A DNA stretch of 64,000 nt. It comes from Lama guanicoe (lineage: Eukaryota). A model generated the notes under the pieces. The model was not told where the DNA came from. It searched no databases and saw only the letters and a program-made list of their open reading frames with translations. Positions 37,927 to 50,816 of the stretch are shown piece after piece (within the stretch, counting starts at the first letter, position 1; the number at the start of each line of letters is the position of its first letter). Location of the stretch: NCBI GenBank assembly GCA_013239625.1, contig MU053487.1, positions 2,749,058-2,813,057 of the forward strand, in the 5' to 3' direction. The position numbers and the translations under genes are program-made.

Positions 37927-38502
37927 CATTCATTCATTCATTCACTGACCAACAGATATCTAAGAGCCCCTACCATGTGCCACACACTGTTCTGGAAGCT
38001 TAAGATGTACCAGTGAACAAGAGAAGCAAAGTTCTGTGTCTTAATGGAGCTGACATCCTACCAGGCAGAGGCAGAGACAAATCCTAAGCATAAGAAATAT
38101 GGGAATTGCATGGAAACTGATCAATGCTATGGGGAAAAAATTGGATAGGAGAGAAGGCGTGCCCAAATGGGCTGTCAGTTTAAGTAAGATGATCAGGGAC
38201 GGGCTCACAAAATGATATTTGGGCAAAGACTCGAAGGAGATGAGGGAGGGAGCCATGTGGAGAGATGTGGAAGAAGAACATTACAAGTAGAAGGAACAGT
38301 CAGTGCAAAGGCCCTGAGGCAGAAGTGACACAGCCAGGAGAGCTGTGTGTGTGCGCACGCACGTGTGTAGAATGTGGATGAGGTTAGAGTAGTAGATGAT
38401 GGGGCAGATCACATAAGGCCTTATAGACCATTGAAAGGTCTAGGCTTTTACTCTGAGTGAGATGGAGCAGCTTCAGGGTATTGGGGGGAAGTGACATGAC
38501 CC
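37927..38502 (-). mobile_element. L2a 3' region
   Basis: (cattcatt)n tail, ctaccatgtgcca.acactgttct..cagtgaacaaga..ggaacagtcagtgcaaaggccctgaggcag..ggcttttactctgagtgagatgg. Confidence 0.85.
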
Positions 38503-40674
38503 TCAGCGCCTTCTCCCTAGGGCTTGGCCCCTGGCTTGGGCCCTCTGGCCACCTCTGTATTGTCAGTCTGGGCCCCCAGACCCTCCCTACCCCCTTCCCT
38601 GGGCTCAGCCACCATGTCCCAGCCACCATGCCCTGGGTCCCCTTAACTCAGGTCCCAGGTGCCTGCCTCCAGCCAGTGATCCGATGCATTGTATTCTGAA
38701 GCCCCCATTTTGAAAGGAGGGACGTTGCTGGTGGGAATTAGGCATGGGGCAGTTGCAGGTACCCTTTTCAGTTCTGAGGGGGGCAGGTTGCAGCCACCCT
38801 CTTGTGAAGCTCAGTTCAGCGGAGCTCTCCCTGCTCGCCATGCAGCCCGGGCCTGTGCCCAGGCGCCTGGTCTCCTGGTGGCTTTGTCCTGGTGAGTTGG
38901 GCCAGAGGACAGGAAGATGGGGTGGAGGGCAGGGTGGAGGACAGTGGGTGAGGTGGGGTTGGAGCGAACAGGAAGTGGGCTGGGTTTTTGTTCTCTGACT
39001 AGTTCCCAGTCCTGGCTCCCCGTGGGGTTTCAGGACTCAGTCTGGAGATGCATTGTTCCTGTGGATATAAGTCCAAACATTCAGCCACAGCCACACCATT
39101 TCTGGTTCTGCTTTTAACTGGCGAGGACATTAGTCAGGGGACACATCTGCCCTGCCCTTGGCATCTGTGGCCAGCCTTGCCTGGGCCCGAGGGCTCTCGT
39201 GGGTCCCAAGCAGTGCAGCCCCGTGGGTGGGCCCTGGGTTGGGCAGGAGGGGAGGAGCAGGGTTTGCTTCACCCAGTGCTCCCAGGGGTGGAGGTGAGGG
39301 GTGGCCCCGGTTCAGAGATTCCTGTTGAGTCCAAGCCTCCCACCCCTGCTCCGGGTAAATGCAGAGGAGCCCTGTAGCTCTGTTTCTGGAAGAATCCACC
39401 TGTGGAAACATCCGCTCCCTTTGTGCAGCCCATGGTTATCCAAGTGGCTCAGATGGAGGAGTCCTCACCCTGCTGCCCCTCCTCATCCTCCCTGTTCGGT
39501 TCTGCCCCACCCAGCCCTGCAGAGGGGAGGCCCTGCCCACGGGAGTCTGGCTTCCAGTGGATAGTACACTGACCCTCCTGCCCCTGACCTTCAGGTGCCC
39601 GGGTTTTGGGGGTTAAACGAAGGCCCTGGGCTCTTCTGAGGGTTATCAGGGAGGGATCCATTCCCACTGCCCCCTCCTCCCTGTCATCATGTCTGCGTGA
39701 AAACGAAAGCTATTGTTGATTTAAAAGGGCCCTTTGCCTAATGCCCCTGGAATTTATTTGCTGGAGCATTTTCGATGTTCAGATTCAGTTCAGACCTTGG
39801 CTGCAGTCAAGCGGTTATGTAACCTGGGATGGAAGGAATCCCATTGGCATCTGGGGACTCCCCCAGTGCACCCCGCCCTTAGCTGTTCCTGGGAGGGGGT
39901 GAGAGCCTGTGTGAGCACTGGAGGTGGGAGCTGGGGAGGGGAAAGGGTTGATGAGGGAAGAGCCAGCAGCTGTTAGAATGGAGTCAGGAGCAGGATTTCT
40001 TTGGGAGCTAAATTCTTAGCTCTTCTCTAGGGCTGCTTCCCCGTCCTCAACTGTAGACCCCCCCCCCCTGCCACCGGGTACAAAGCCCAGGCTCCTTCAA
40101 TCGGCCTGTCTCTGGACCTTAACAAGAAGCCTGAGAGCATCCTTACCTGAGCCTGGGTGGGAGTTGGGGCCTATTTCTGGCACGTTCCTTCCTGGCGAGC
40201 CCGTGGAATTTGTCTCCGCACTTCCGTCCATCCCCAGCAGTGGTGGCCTGGAGGGCCTGCTCTGACTGAGGGCCACACATTCACCTCTAATTTCCAGCCC
40301 AGCATCCCTTGATTTTACTCTGAAACCTGGCCTGGGTCTACAGGGAGTTACTTTGACAGGGGATGGGGCAGAGCTATTGTCCTGGGTTATGAGGGGCTGG
40401 ACGTTTAATCTGCTCCTGGATTTTAAAAGGAAAGAGAGACCTAGCAGTGGGTTTTGGAACCCTGAACTTAGTTGTCTTAGTCATGAAGAGGCCCCATCAG
40501 GGTGGACGGGGGTGGGCCGAGGAGGGGATCCAGGCCTAGCCTTCCAACCTCTCTGTCCTCCCTCTGTGACCTGAGATGTCCCCCTTCTCACCATTTCTCT
40601 GCTTAAATATGCTTATTAGCCCCCATTAAGAACAAGTTAACCATATACACGCCTGCAGTGGTTAACACAGTGCC

Positions 40675-40990
40675 AATCACTGTAACTAACAAGCCTTCCC
40701 TTATCAGTGACTTAACCCACTAGACCTTTGTTCGTTGCTCTTGTCTCAGTCAAATAAGTCTCATCTTCTGTGGACGTAGCTTCCTTCACATGGTGATCCT
40801 GGGCCCAGGTTCCTCCCATTGCTGGCTCTTCCATCCCTTAGGGCCTCAGAGTCTTCTGCTTCCATGGGGGAGGAGGAGAAAGAGCCAGGGGAGAAGGTCC
40901 AGTCACTTCCTAAACACTGCAGCCCAGAGGTGACCCACATCCCTGCCGCTCACCTTCCGCTGGTGAGTTAGTCACATGGCTACAGCCAGT
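40675..40990 (-). mobile_element. MLT1K-like MaLR LTR fragment
   Basis: ctgtaac..cagtgacttaac..gggcccagg..gcccagaggtgacccacatc..agtcacatggc. Confidence 0.55.
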
Positions 40991-41049
40991 GGTCCTGGGT
41001 TGGGAGGTACCACGGTGATAACTGCACGTGGTATCAGTGGGAGCAGACG

Positions 41050-41370
41050 GAGAGGAGGGGTGGGGAGGAGGGAGGAGGTGACATCAGCCGGATGTGGTGA
41101 GTACGTGTCTGTGCGGCTTGGATGGGGAGTCAGTGGTCCAAGGTCCCCCCAGGTTTCTGGTTTGGAGAACAGGGCAGATGGTGGTGCCTCCTGAGGAGAT
41201 GAAGCCTGTGGGAGGAAAGGCAGGTGTTGAAAAGGAAGGCTTCTGCCAGGAACACGCCCAGCATGGGGTGGGTGCTGTATTGATGGTTGGTGAATGCAGG
41301 AATGAGTAGCAGCAGCAGTGACTGAAGTTGAGTTCCTTCTGTCCATCCTATTGAGACACAGCTGAGAAGA
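41050..41370 (-). mobile_element. L2 fragment
   Basis: tggatggggag..cccccaggtttctggtttggagaac.gggcagatggtggtgcc..gttgagttc. Confidence 0.55.
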
Positions 41371-42254
41371 ACTGTTTGGTAGCAATACTCACGGCCTGGA
41401 ACCACAGCACCTGGGATCAGCCCAATCTCTTTGCAAGTACAAAGCTAATACTGAGAATAATTGAGGAGAAATAAAGCATCATCGGTGACCCAGGAGAGGA
41501 CGCCTCCCCAGGCATGGAGCCCTATTCATGGAGTCTAGTTGTTGTCTCTGTGAGCCTGGAGAAGGGGGGACCAGTGAAGGCAACCGCCTGACTCGGAGGA
41601 GGAGTGCCTGCCTTCCTTGGGCCAGCACAACCTCTTCTGCTCTCCATGGCCCCCAGTGCATTGCTCCAGGAGTGTGATGCTGAAAGGAAGGGGAGCTGGC
41701 ATTATAAGGGCATCTGACCGGAGGCAGGCAGGCTGTCCCTCCTCCCCTTATCAGAAAGAAAGGGCCAAGTCCTGGGCTGTAGACATGGGCCATTTTGCCA
41801 CTGGGCCGATCCAGGCTGGGTCACACGTATGACCGAGGCTGCAGGCAAGCCAGGGCCGTCTGAGCTCTGAGTCAGCAGTGGCTCCCTGGAGCCAGGGACT
41901 TGGGGAGGCTTTGCAGGTGAGGGTTGAGATGGGGACTTGGCTCCATTCTTGTCCACAAGGTCAGACTTGGCAGCCTGCTGTTACGCCTTTTCTCCAGGAG
42001 AAGGTTCACACCCCTGCCTGTGGGGGAACCTGGCAGAAGGAGGTGGCAGTTTGTGGCCTGAGCTCCTAGCTGACGTCCCCCATTGCTTTCCATGATCTCT
42101 CTTGCCCCTCCTCCTTCTGTTGGAGTCTCAGGAGGACAGTCACCAGTGAGGGCCACTTAGCACATTTTAGAACAGGGCGGCCACTCTTAACGAAAGTTGT
42201 TCTGTTTTTCTTAACTTCAAAGTAAAGCATGAAGTGGAGTATCTGAGGCTGCAT

Positions 42255-42870
42255 AACAGAGGTCAGGGCACAGATTTGGGAGTCAGACAGCCCAGGGTTG
42301 GATCTAAATTCTACTGCTTACTCCCTCCAACAAGCCACTGCACTGTCTGGGCTTCAGTTCCCCGCATGTGACATGACAATCATGATCAGGATGGAGACTA
42401 ACTGAGTTTATATTTATAGATCGCTTAGAACACTGCCTGGCACGTAACAGGTGCTGTGAAGTGTGTGTTAATTTTTTTTAATTAAATATAGTTGTGGAAC
42501 GGGTGTAGACCAGAGGGTGGTGATTCCTAGTTTCCCCCAGTCCCTTCTCTGAGATCTACCTCCTCCCTTTTTAAACTCCTCGGCAGCTGGGGAGTAAGGA
42601 CAGTCCTCCCTAGTATCGTTTCTAGATTCTGTACAAAGTAGCACAGCTGCTGGAAAAATGGGTGGGGTTCAAAAACAGCTCACAGGTGTCCCACTGGGTG
42701 GTTTGCATAAATTGCCTTTAGTCCTAAAACGAAACAGGATACAACAAAGCACTAAATCCTGAGGGTTGGGGATTTTATACCCATTTTACAGATGAGGAAA
42801 CTGAGCCTGAGAGTGAGTCTGGTAAGTTGATCTGGGGTTCAGGACTCAAACCCTAGTTTGCCTGAGGCCC
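42255..42870. mobile_element. Two MIRs in opposite orientation (+ 42255-42470; - 42705-42870)
   Basis: ttgggagtcagacagcccagggttg..cttagaacactgcctggcacgtaa; cccattttacagatgaggaaactgag. Confidence 0.75.
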
Positions 42871-44539
42871 TGATCTTTCTTCAGTTCCAGGCTTCTCCTC
42901 TCCCTGCCAGGGTTGTTGCTTCACTTGTCATTTGATTGTGTGTTAGCCTTCTCCTTGAACTCAAATGATGGCTCATGGTGTTTGTTGAACACCTGCTGAT
43001 GTTAATTACTATAGGAAGACAGCTGTAGTCTTATAGCTGCAGACCAGGCAGTGACTGAGATACAGGAGGTGTGAACCAGTTGAAGAATGACCTGAAACAC
43101 AAGGTTTCTTGTTCCTTCTTGGCAGGGTGGCTGGGAGTCCACAGAGGAGACCATACTGGGGCCTACAGGCTTTGGGGAAAGTTCCCCAGTAGGAGGTGAG
43201 CTGCAAGCTGTGCCCTGGAGAAGGCTAGCAAGGTTTTAGGAAGGGGAGGCCCTTTGGAACACACAGAGAGGGGGTGAGGAACACGTGGGCCCAAGGTCTG
43301 TATAGCTGGGGAGAAAGCTCGCTGGGATAAGATTGCAGAGTTAGACTTAGATCTGGTTAATGTCCTACAGGCCAATGAAATGGAAACCTTTGGGTGTTTC
43401 TTTCTATGAGACAGACCATTCCTGGATTATCAGTGTTCCACAAATCAGCATCTGACTTTCAATAATTTGGACCCTGCTCAGGAGGAAATAGTAAATCAAA
43501 GTTAGCTTCTAGAAAGTCACATGACCCCTAGGCAGTCTTGCCAGTGTTCTACTATGACATTGAAAGGGCTCCAATAATATCTTTGTTTTTATTTTTTGTT
43601 TTTTTCAAATTGTAAGATTTTTGGCATCAGAAAGAGCAGCAGTAGTATCTGTGGTTGAGAGAAAGGCAGGCTGGACGAGGAAGGCGATCAGGTTGTCTGG
43701 GAGGCTGGTCGGCGCTGGGAGCTCCAGGGGCCTGCGTTTTGGGTGACGGAGGGGCAGTAGACCCCAGAGGACCCCAGGCTGTGCGAAGGGGCAGACCTGT
43801 CCGCCCTGGAGGAGGTCAGCAGCCCTCCTGGGCCACTGCCACCACCAGGCCAGACAGAAGGACCAGGCTTGGGGGAAGAAGAAAGCCTAGAAAAAGCCAT
43901 AGCGCCAAGGAGGGCCGATGTCAGGGAATTTTGGTGGCACGTGATCAAATAGGAGCCCGAAAACTGCAGAGAAAAAACAGCCAAAACTGAAAGCAAATGG
44001 ACTCTGAGTTGAGAAACCTGTTCTCCTTGTCCCGAGAGCACAACGCAGAGGATGGCAGAGAAGCATAAACACTGCAAAACAAATCCAGCTACTTAATCTC
44101 CTTATTTTAGTAATCGGAGGTGGCACTGGGAATGCTGGTCGGAGCGGAGTTTGACTCTCCTCCCCTTGGCCCCACTTGGCTTTTTCCCTCCGTGTTTGAA
44201 TAGCTTGTTAAGTCTGCGTCTCCATTCCATTCCTTTCCTGGCCTGGTGTTTGGGTTGTCGGCGTGATGGCCGTGTGCACATGGAGAAAGCTATGGACTGG
44301 CTTCCTGCCACCTGGTTTTTGAGAGCGTTCCCTTGGTCCCTGTGTGTGGCACTGGGAGACAGTCCTTCAGCCAGGGCTCTCGGCCTGCGGGATGCAGTCT
44401 GTGCCCGGGCCCCAGATGTGGTCTGCAGCTCCGTCCACTTGTTGAACCTGGCAGGAAGGTTGGACGGCTGCTTCCTGGTTGCGGCTGGTTTCTTTCTTCC
44501 ATTCCTTCACTGATTAACTTGGTCCGTCACCCAGCACTT

Positions 44540-44900
44540 ACTGAGCCCCCGCCATAGGCCAGCTTCGTGCAAGACAGAAAAGACCTGGAAGGGAGGGAAG
44601 GGAATTCTAAGCTGAAGAATAGCAAGTGCAGAGGCACGGAGGTGAGCTCATACACAGGCTGTGTGAGGGAAGAGGGGGGAGCCTGTGGACAGGGGGATGG
44701 AAGTCTCTGCACTCTCAGGTGTGGTGCCAGAGAGTTCTGATCTTATTTTGCTAGTCATGGGAGCCATGGAAGATTCTGTAGGGAGGAAGTGATTTATTTC
44801 ACTCAACAAACATTTCTTGGGCACCAGTCATGTACGAGATATTCTTTTAGGTGCTGGGGATATAGCAGTGATTAATCACAGTCTGGTGGAAGAGTCAGAC
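44540..44900 (-). mobile_element. L2 fragments
   Basis: atagcaagtgcagaggcacggagg..tgggagccatggaagatt; ttcactcaacaaacatttcttgggcacc..taggtgctggggatatagcagtga. Confidence 0.6.
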
Positions 44901-45466
44901 AGGATGGGCAGAGAATGAGCTCAGAGAGCCTGGCTGGCCAGAGGAGCACCAGCCCTGGAATGGGCTTCTACTGCATGGGGCTCTGCCCCCATCCACAAGC
45001 AGGGAGCCTGCTCTCAGGCCCCGAGTGTGTGAGCCCCCTCTGCCCACAATGCTTTATTTTTCATGGTCATAGTAGGGGGGCTAAGGAAGAAGCAACTGAA
45101 GGGAAGGAAGCCCAGAAATTTCTGAGGGTCCTTCACACCAGGAATCCCTCCAGCAGAACCGAGGGCTGGGGCACCTTTTGGTGGGTGTGTTTTAATGGAG
45201 TCCTTGGGTTTGTGGGAAAGGCTGTACCAGTGACCGCTTAAGCCCAGTGGGTGGTGCCTTTCCTTTGTTATTTCTTATGCAGACATCTGGGAAGAATTTG
45301 TAAAGAATTATAACAAAGAAATGAAATGAAAGCAATTATGGTGAGCAGGCAGAGCTGAGTTTAGACTGATAGGCCAGCAGGAATGGCTTTGCTGAGAACC
45401 TTATTCTTGCAGGATGGATTCAATTCTTTCTCTGAGCAGCAGAAGTGTGTGTGAGCATGGCATAGT

Positions 45467-45950
45467 GCATTGGTTAGTATTTGCTGAGTAACAAAACTCC
45501 CCCAAATTTAATAGCCTTAAACAATAGCCTTTTATGACCATCCATGAATCTCTGGGTCAGCTGGGCCATTCTGCTGATCTGGGCCAGGCTTGGCTGATCT
45601 TGACTAGGCTCACTCATGTGTTAGAGTTCGGCTTGCAGGCTGGCTGGGGGCTGGCTCACTCAAATGTCATGTACTTGGCTGGGATAACAAGGGTGACTGG
45701 GCTACAGTCTCTCATCATTCAACAGGGTAGCCTAGGCTTTTTACTCTTCTGGGAAGGGTTCTAAGAGCGAGAGTGGAAGTAAGAAAGGCCTTTCGAGAAA
45801 TTGAACAATGTCATTTCTGATGCATTCTGTACATGTAATTTCTGATGCATTCTATTGGCCACAGTAAATTCAAAGGATAGGGAAATAGACTCTTAACTCT
45901 TGATGCCAGGAGCCACCATGCCATATTTTCAGGACACACCTATGGAAAGG
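45467..45950 (-). mobile_element. MLT1H-like MaLR LTR
   Basis: gtaacaaaactcccccaaatttaatagccttaaacaata..tctgggtcagctggg..gcattctattggcca..ggaaatagactc. Confidence 0.75.
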
Positions 45951-45979
45951 GGTAGAAAACTATGTCTTTATGCTGTAGG

Positions 45980-46145
45980 CAGAGCATGTGGGCTCTGGAG
46001 TCACATGGGACCGTCAATCCCGGATTCTCTGCTTTCCCCCTGCGACCCTCATCCATGGGATGGAAACACAAATAGTGTCTATCTCAGAAGATCTTTTTGA
46101 GGATTAGCTGACACATGTATGCCTAATATATAGTAAATGCTCCGT
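45980..46145 (+). mobile_element. MIR fragment
   Basis: gagcatgtgggctctggagtcac..tgaggattag..atagtaaatgctc. Confidence 0.6.
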
Positions 46146-49100
46146 AAAAAGAGACTCTATGAAATGAGGCTTTCAGGTAAATAAGAGAGAAGAGCATTTT
46201 GTTCGTTCTCTTTACTTGGCCTTCCTCAACACATCTTAACATCCTAACTTTATAAATATAGTAATTATGATCATTTATTCAGTCATTAAAATTAAGCACT
46301 TGTTATATACTAGACTCTGTGCTGGGAACCAGAGAGACAAGAGGATAAGGCATTAAGGCCCCTGCATTAAAGGACTGCACTTTCATTAACTGCCCAGAGA
46401 ATGCTGAGTACTGCCATTGCGTCTGAAGTTATAGATTCTCAAGCTGAATGCTCAGGACCCTTCACAGTATGGTCTCAGTTTATGCTGCCTTCCTGTGCTT
46501 GCTCAGGTCAAAGTGGATTCTTCCCTGTTCCCAAGCATTCTCTGCGCCTTTGCATTCTTCCAGACAGACCTAGAGCAGGAATGGACTCGGCACTGTGGGG
46601 TCAGTGGAGGGAGCGGCCAGGCTGGCTGGACGTAGGGACCCTGAGCCAGCACGCGGTTGGGATCCGTGGGGTTGAGAGTCCACAGACAGGACTGAGGCCT
46701 TCAGTGACACTCCCCTAACCTTTAGGACTCTCTGTGATCCGCCACTTCTCGGAGCCTGCCTTAGGATAGTCTGTGGGCCAGTCTGACCCCCTTGAGGAGC
46801 TCCATGGACAGAAACACTCTTCCTTTTCTGCCTACAGCTTCTTCCCACTGACCGTGCACCCTTCCTAGGAGTTCCATGGGCAGTGACAGAAACTCCCTAC
46901 CCCTAGTCCATCACCTAGATGCACACTCCTGTGCTGCTGGGGAATATCAGTAGGAAAAGGAGGCTGCGTAGCCCGCCCCATCCTCTTTTCCCTTAACCTG
47001 CAATTATTGGATGAAAAAAGTAGGATGTATAGCACAACACAAACGCTACTTCAATAAATGGCATAAAAAAGTGGAAGTTATCCGTGGATACCAGTCCCAG
47101 GACTGTGGAAAGGTGACCTCGAGTGTGACCTCCCCCTGGACCCAAGGTGGGGCCCAGGGATCCTTCTCTTCCCCATCACTAGCCCTTGTAAGACCCACCA
47201 GTAACTTTGTGAGATTCCAGACTCTTCCTGCACACCTTCCAGCCTTACTGGAGGGCAAAGGGGAATCGTGGTTCCTCTCTTTCTGGCTTGGCTTCACCTT
47301 CCCTTGAAGGCTTTCTTTACCCCTCTGTGGCATTTTTGTTGAGTAGAATAGCTCTTAACCAGACCTTAACTGGTCCAGGGCGGTTGGGGTCGGGGGAGGA
47401 TGGGGAAGGGCAGGTGCAATGTGAACAGAAACGGAAGAGCTCTCTGGACACGAAAGCTCCCTCAGCCTGGAAGGACATAGAGGCCAAAAAGAATGCAGAC
47501 AATGAGCGGTGGGAGAGCAGAGGGTCCTATGTCAGCCACTTAGGTGCTGCTCTCACAATGCAGTAAGGGAAAGTGGAGATGAGATGTCAATGTCAGAATT
47601 CACTTTTTTAAATACTTCATTGGCAGGAGTTGACTGTTGGTATTTCCCCAGAAGCAGCATATTCCTGAGGTAGCTTCATATGATCTGCAGAAGCTATTGA
47701 CATTGAGGAATTCTTCTAAGGATTCCAGACATCATGGATTCTGCTAACTGTCAGCATCAGCAACATTAAGGTTTATCTCTGATATTAACCCGGCTTGAAC
47801 TCCATCAACACGGGCTTTAACAAAAGTCTCATATATCAGAACTCCGTTTAATCAGAATCCTAAAGTCAAAATTGATGGCTCTCTTTTTCTAAAAGTGGAA
47901 AAATAGCCCTAATGGATTGTTCTAAAACCAAACATACATTTGTCCTTTTATCCCATTTATTTAATCAACATTAATTATGAACCTATACTGTTTCAGGAAC
48001 AGGAGATACAAAACTGAGTAACACAGTGAGGTCCTTGAACATTGTATTGCAGTAACAGAGGCACATATACCATAGAGTTAAATTCAGGCAGCAAATTCTA
48101 GGGACTAAAATAAATTTCCTTTATTTAATGAAGTGTTGTATTTTATTTTGTTGGGATGGGGAAGGACAGTGAGGGAGCCCAGTGCTGGATGAAAGAATCG
48201 AGTATGTGTCAGATACAAAGTGTGTCGGAGTCACCTCCCAACTGGATTTCCTTGGGTCTCCTGCAGGCTACGTATTCAGCCAGGAAACAGGCAAAGATGG
48301 GCAAATATTTCCATCAGAAGGGAAACTGATTCAGTTTTCAGAAATTTTCAGGGTTCTTCCCCGGCCCTCCTCTCCCAGATCACACCCCTTTTCAGCCCAT
48401 CAGCAGAGACATGTGGATAAGCTGTATTTATTTTCTGAGACATCTGGAGTCACAAAAGTATCTGAGATTTAAATGGAGAAGGACTACGGAGAAACTGACA
48501 GGGAGGCTAACTAAACAGTGAGGAGTTGAAGTTCTAGTCAGGCACTCTTTCCTAGTTTTTCACTTCATAACACTTTGTGTGAAACCCTTAAAGAGACAGA
48601 ACATTCCAACTGTCAGGTGAATTCTAGAAGCAGATTCATTGGAAGTGAAGCCTTACCTTTTGGCGTGTTTTAAAAGCAGTTCATGGAAATCTGTCGAATT
48701 TCCCTATCATGTATGCCTGGAGGATAAACAGATCCCTTGTGAGAATCAGAAACACGGGCTTAACGTTGAGGAAAACCTTGCTTACAGAAGCAAATGTTTA
48801 GCCAGAGGGTTCCCACACTGAGGGCTTTGTGTGGCTTTCGGGAACCATGTGGAAATCACGTGTGGCTCTAATTCTGCTCAGCCTTTATTGATGATTCACT
48901 TTTCCTCAATGTCCCCTCTCTTTTCTTCACCCCCTGTGGAACGGAAACCTGAAAGATGTAGTTTTTGGCCGGCGTCCTTGGTGGAACTCAGTCATCCTCA
49001 CCCCACCCCTTTAAAACCCTGAAAGGAGTTTGTTTCAGAAGGTTGAGGGAAATCACGCAGAGGGTCTTGGACGTTCAGAGAGGTCTCCTCCCATCCATGA

Positions 49101-49154
49101 AAGTGCTAAGGCCCTCTGGCAAGGCCTGAGAAAGGCCTTCAGTCATCCACCTGG

Positions 49155-49900
49155 CTCATTCATTTCTGCCTATTTACTGAGCCTCTCTATGGGCCCGGGA
49201 TTGAGTGGCCGATGAAATAGATGTGGTTACCCTCTGCCAGGCTCACCCTCTAATGTTAGCAAGCAAACACATAATAATTAACTAAGTAGAAATCGACTGT
49301 GGCAGAGGCCGTGACAGACACTCCTGGGGTGCAGTGTTTGGGAAGGGGTCAGTCACGCTGGGTGTTAGGGGAAGAGCAGTGGAGGCAGAGGGCCTAGCAG
49401 ATGTGGTGGCCATAGCGCAGGGTGGCGGCAGGGAGGCTGGCGTGGCTGGCATGGCTGGAGTGTGCTGGGCGAGGGGGGCGCAGGAGGAGGTGATAGTGGA
49501 AAAGCCTGCAGAACCAGTTCCTAGGTGGCCTGGGGAGGGTGGTGTCCCTGCTCAGGGAGTGGATTTAATTAGGCAAGCAGCAGGGAGGAGTGGAAGGGCT
49601 TTCTGCAGGGGGTATGTGGTTTTCCTTTTCAGGAAGATGAGCCTGGCTCTTCTTCTCCTGGGCAGGAGAGGGAGCAGGGAGCCAAGGTGAGGCGTCTGTA
49701 GCAGGACGGCCCTGTGCTTCCCAGCAGACGCTAGTGAATCCTAATTCAGCCCCTGCCACTTCATTACTGGGCAACTTTGGGCAGGACTCCTAACCTCTCT
49801 GGCATTCCGCTGTTCACCCCTAATAAAACAGGGGCAAGTATTTGCTCATGTGGTTTCTGGAAGGCATAAGTATTCACAAAGTCCTCTATAAACCTGGACC
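49155..49900. mobile_element. L2 (-, ~49155-49690) and MIR (+, ~49720-49900)
   Basis: tcattcatt..tatttactgagcctct.tatg..cagggagccaaggtgagg; gaatcctaattcagcc..actttgggcag..taacctctctg. Confidence 0.55.
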
Positions 49901-50614
49901 AGATGCTCATCTGAGCCCTAATATGATTCATATTGAAAGGAGGGGGCTTCCTGCCGTGTTGGAAAAATCAATCAGCAACCCCTGCATGGGCAACCTTTTA
50001 TTACAGCTTGAGGCTAAAAAGATGCTTTTGTTTCATTACTGCCGTCCACGTATCTCTAAGGGAGGGCGGCGGCTAGTTAAAAATCCCATGGTGTGGTCAT
50101 TCCTGTGTAGTCATTTGCTGGGGTAATAACTTGAAATGACTGGGCCCTTTTTTTTCTTTTTATTTAGCTTTATGTCTCTGGTCACCACTTGTGGGTGACA
50201 CACTAGTGTGATAAAGTGTGTAGGTGTGGCGTGCGGCTGTGAATGCGAGGAGTGCCTGATGGCGGACGGTTCAGCCTCCCGCAGTCACTCTCCGCGGACA
50301 GCCGACCTCGGCCTTGAGTGCCCAGTTAGTGTTGCTAGTCCGTCCCGGTCCCCTAGCCCAGTGGGCTGCTTGCTGTGTTCTCATCCCTCAGGCTCCTCAG
50401 TGTTCTTAGGGCAAGGTCACAGAACACTGATTTTGGCTTGAACAAAGCTGGCCTATCTTTCATCACGCGTTGGAGCCATTTGGAATCCTTATGTTACAAG
50501 GAAGTATCCTGTTTCAAGGGCAATGTTCTGTTAGTGCTCAGAGGAGATGCTGAGATCTGCTGCTCTGTCATCCCAGAGGGTCTCCGGGTTCCCAGAGAGA
50601 CCAATTTAAAAATG

Positions 50615-50816
50615 TTTGTTGGAAGGGCGCTGCGGTGGTGGGAATGCTCTCCGTGTGCCCTGTTCAGTGCAGCAGCTGCTAGTACCACGTGGCTCCTGAG
50701 CCCTGGAAACGTGGCTGGTAGGACGGAAGAACTGAATTTTAAATTGCATTGCCTCTTAATGAGTTTAAGTTTAAGCAGGCACTTGCGGCTAACAGCTACT
50801 GTATTGGACAGTGCAG
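50615..50816. mobile_element. MER3 (hAT-Charlie)
   Basis: ccacgtggctcctgagccctggaaacgtggct..gaactgaattttaaatt..gctactgtattggacagtgcag. Confidence 0.8.

Noticed and set aside
48182..48472. 96-aa ORF with plausible composition
   Set aside because: GTG start, no known homology, no exon boundaries
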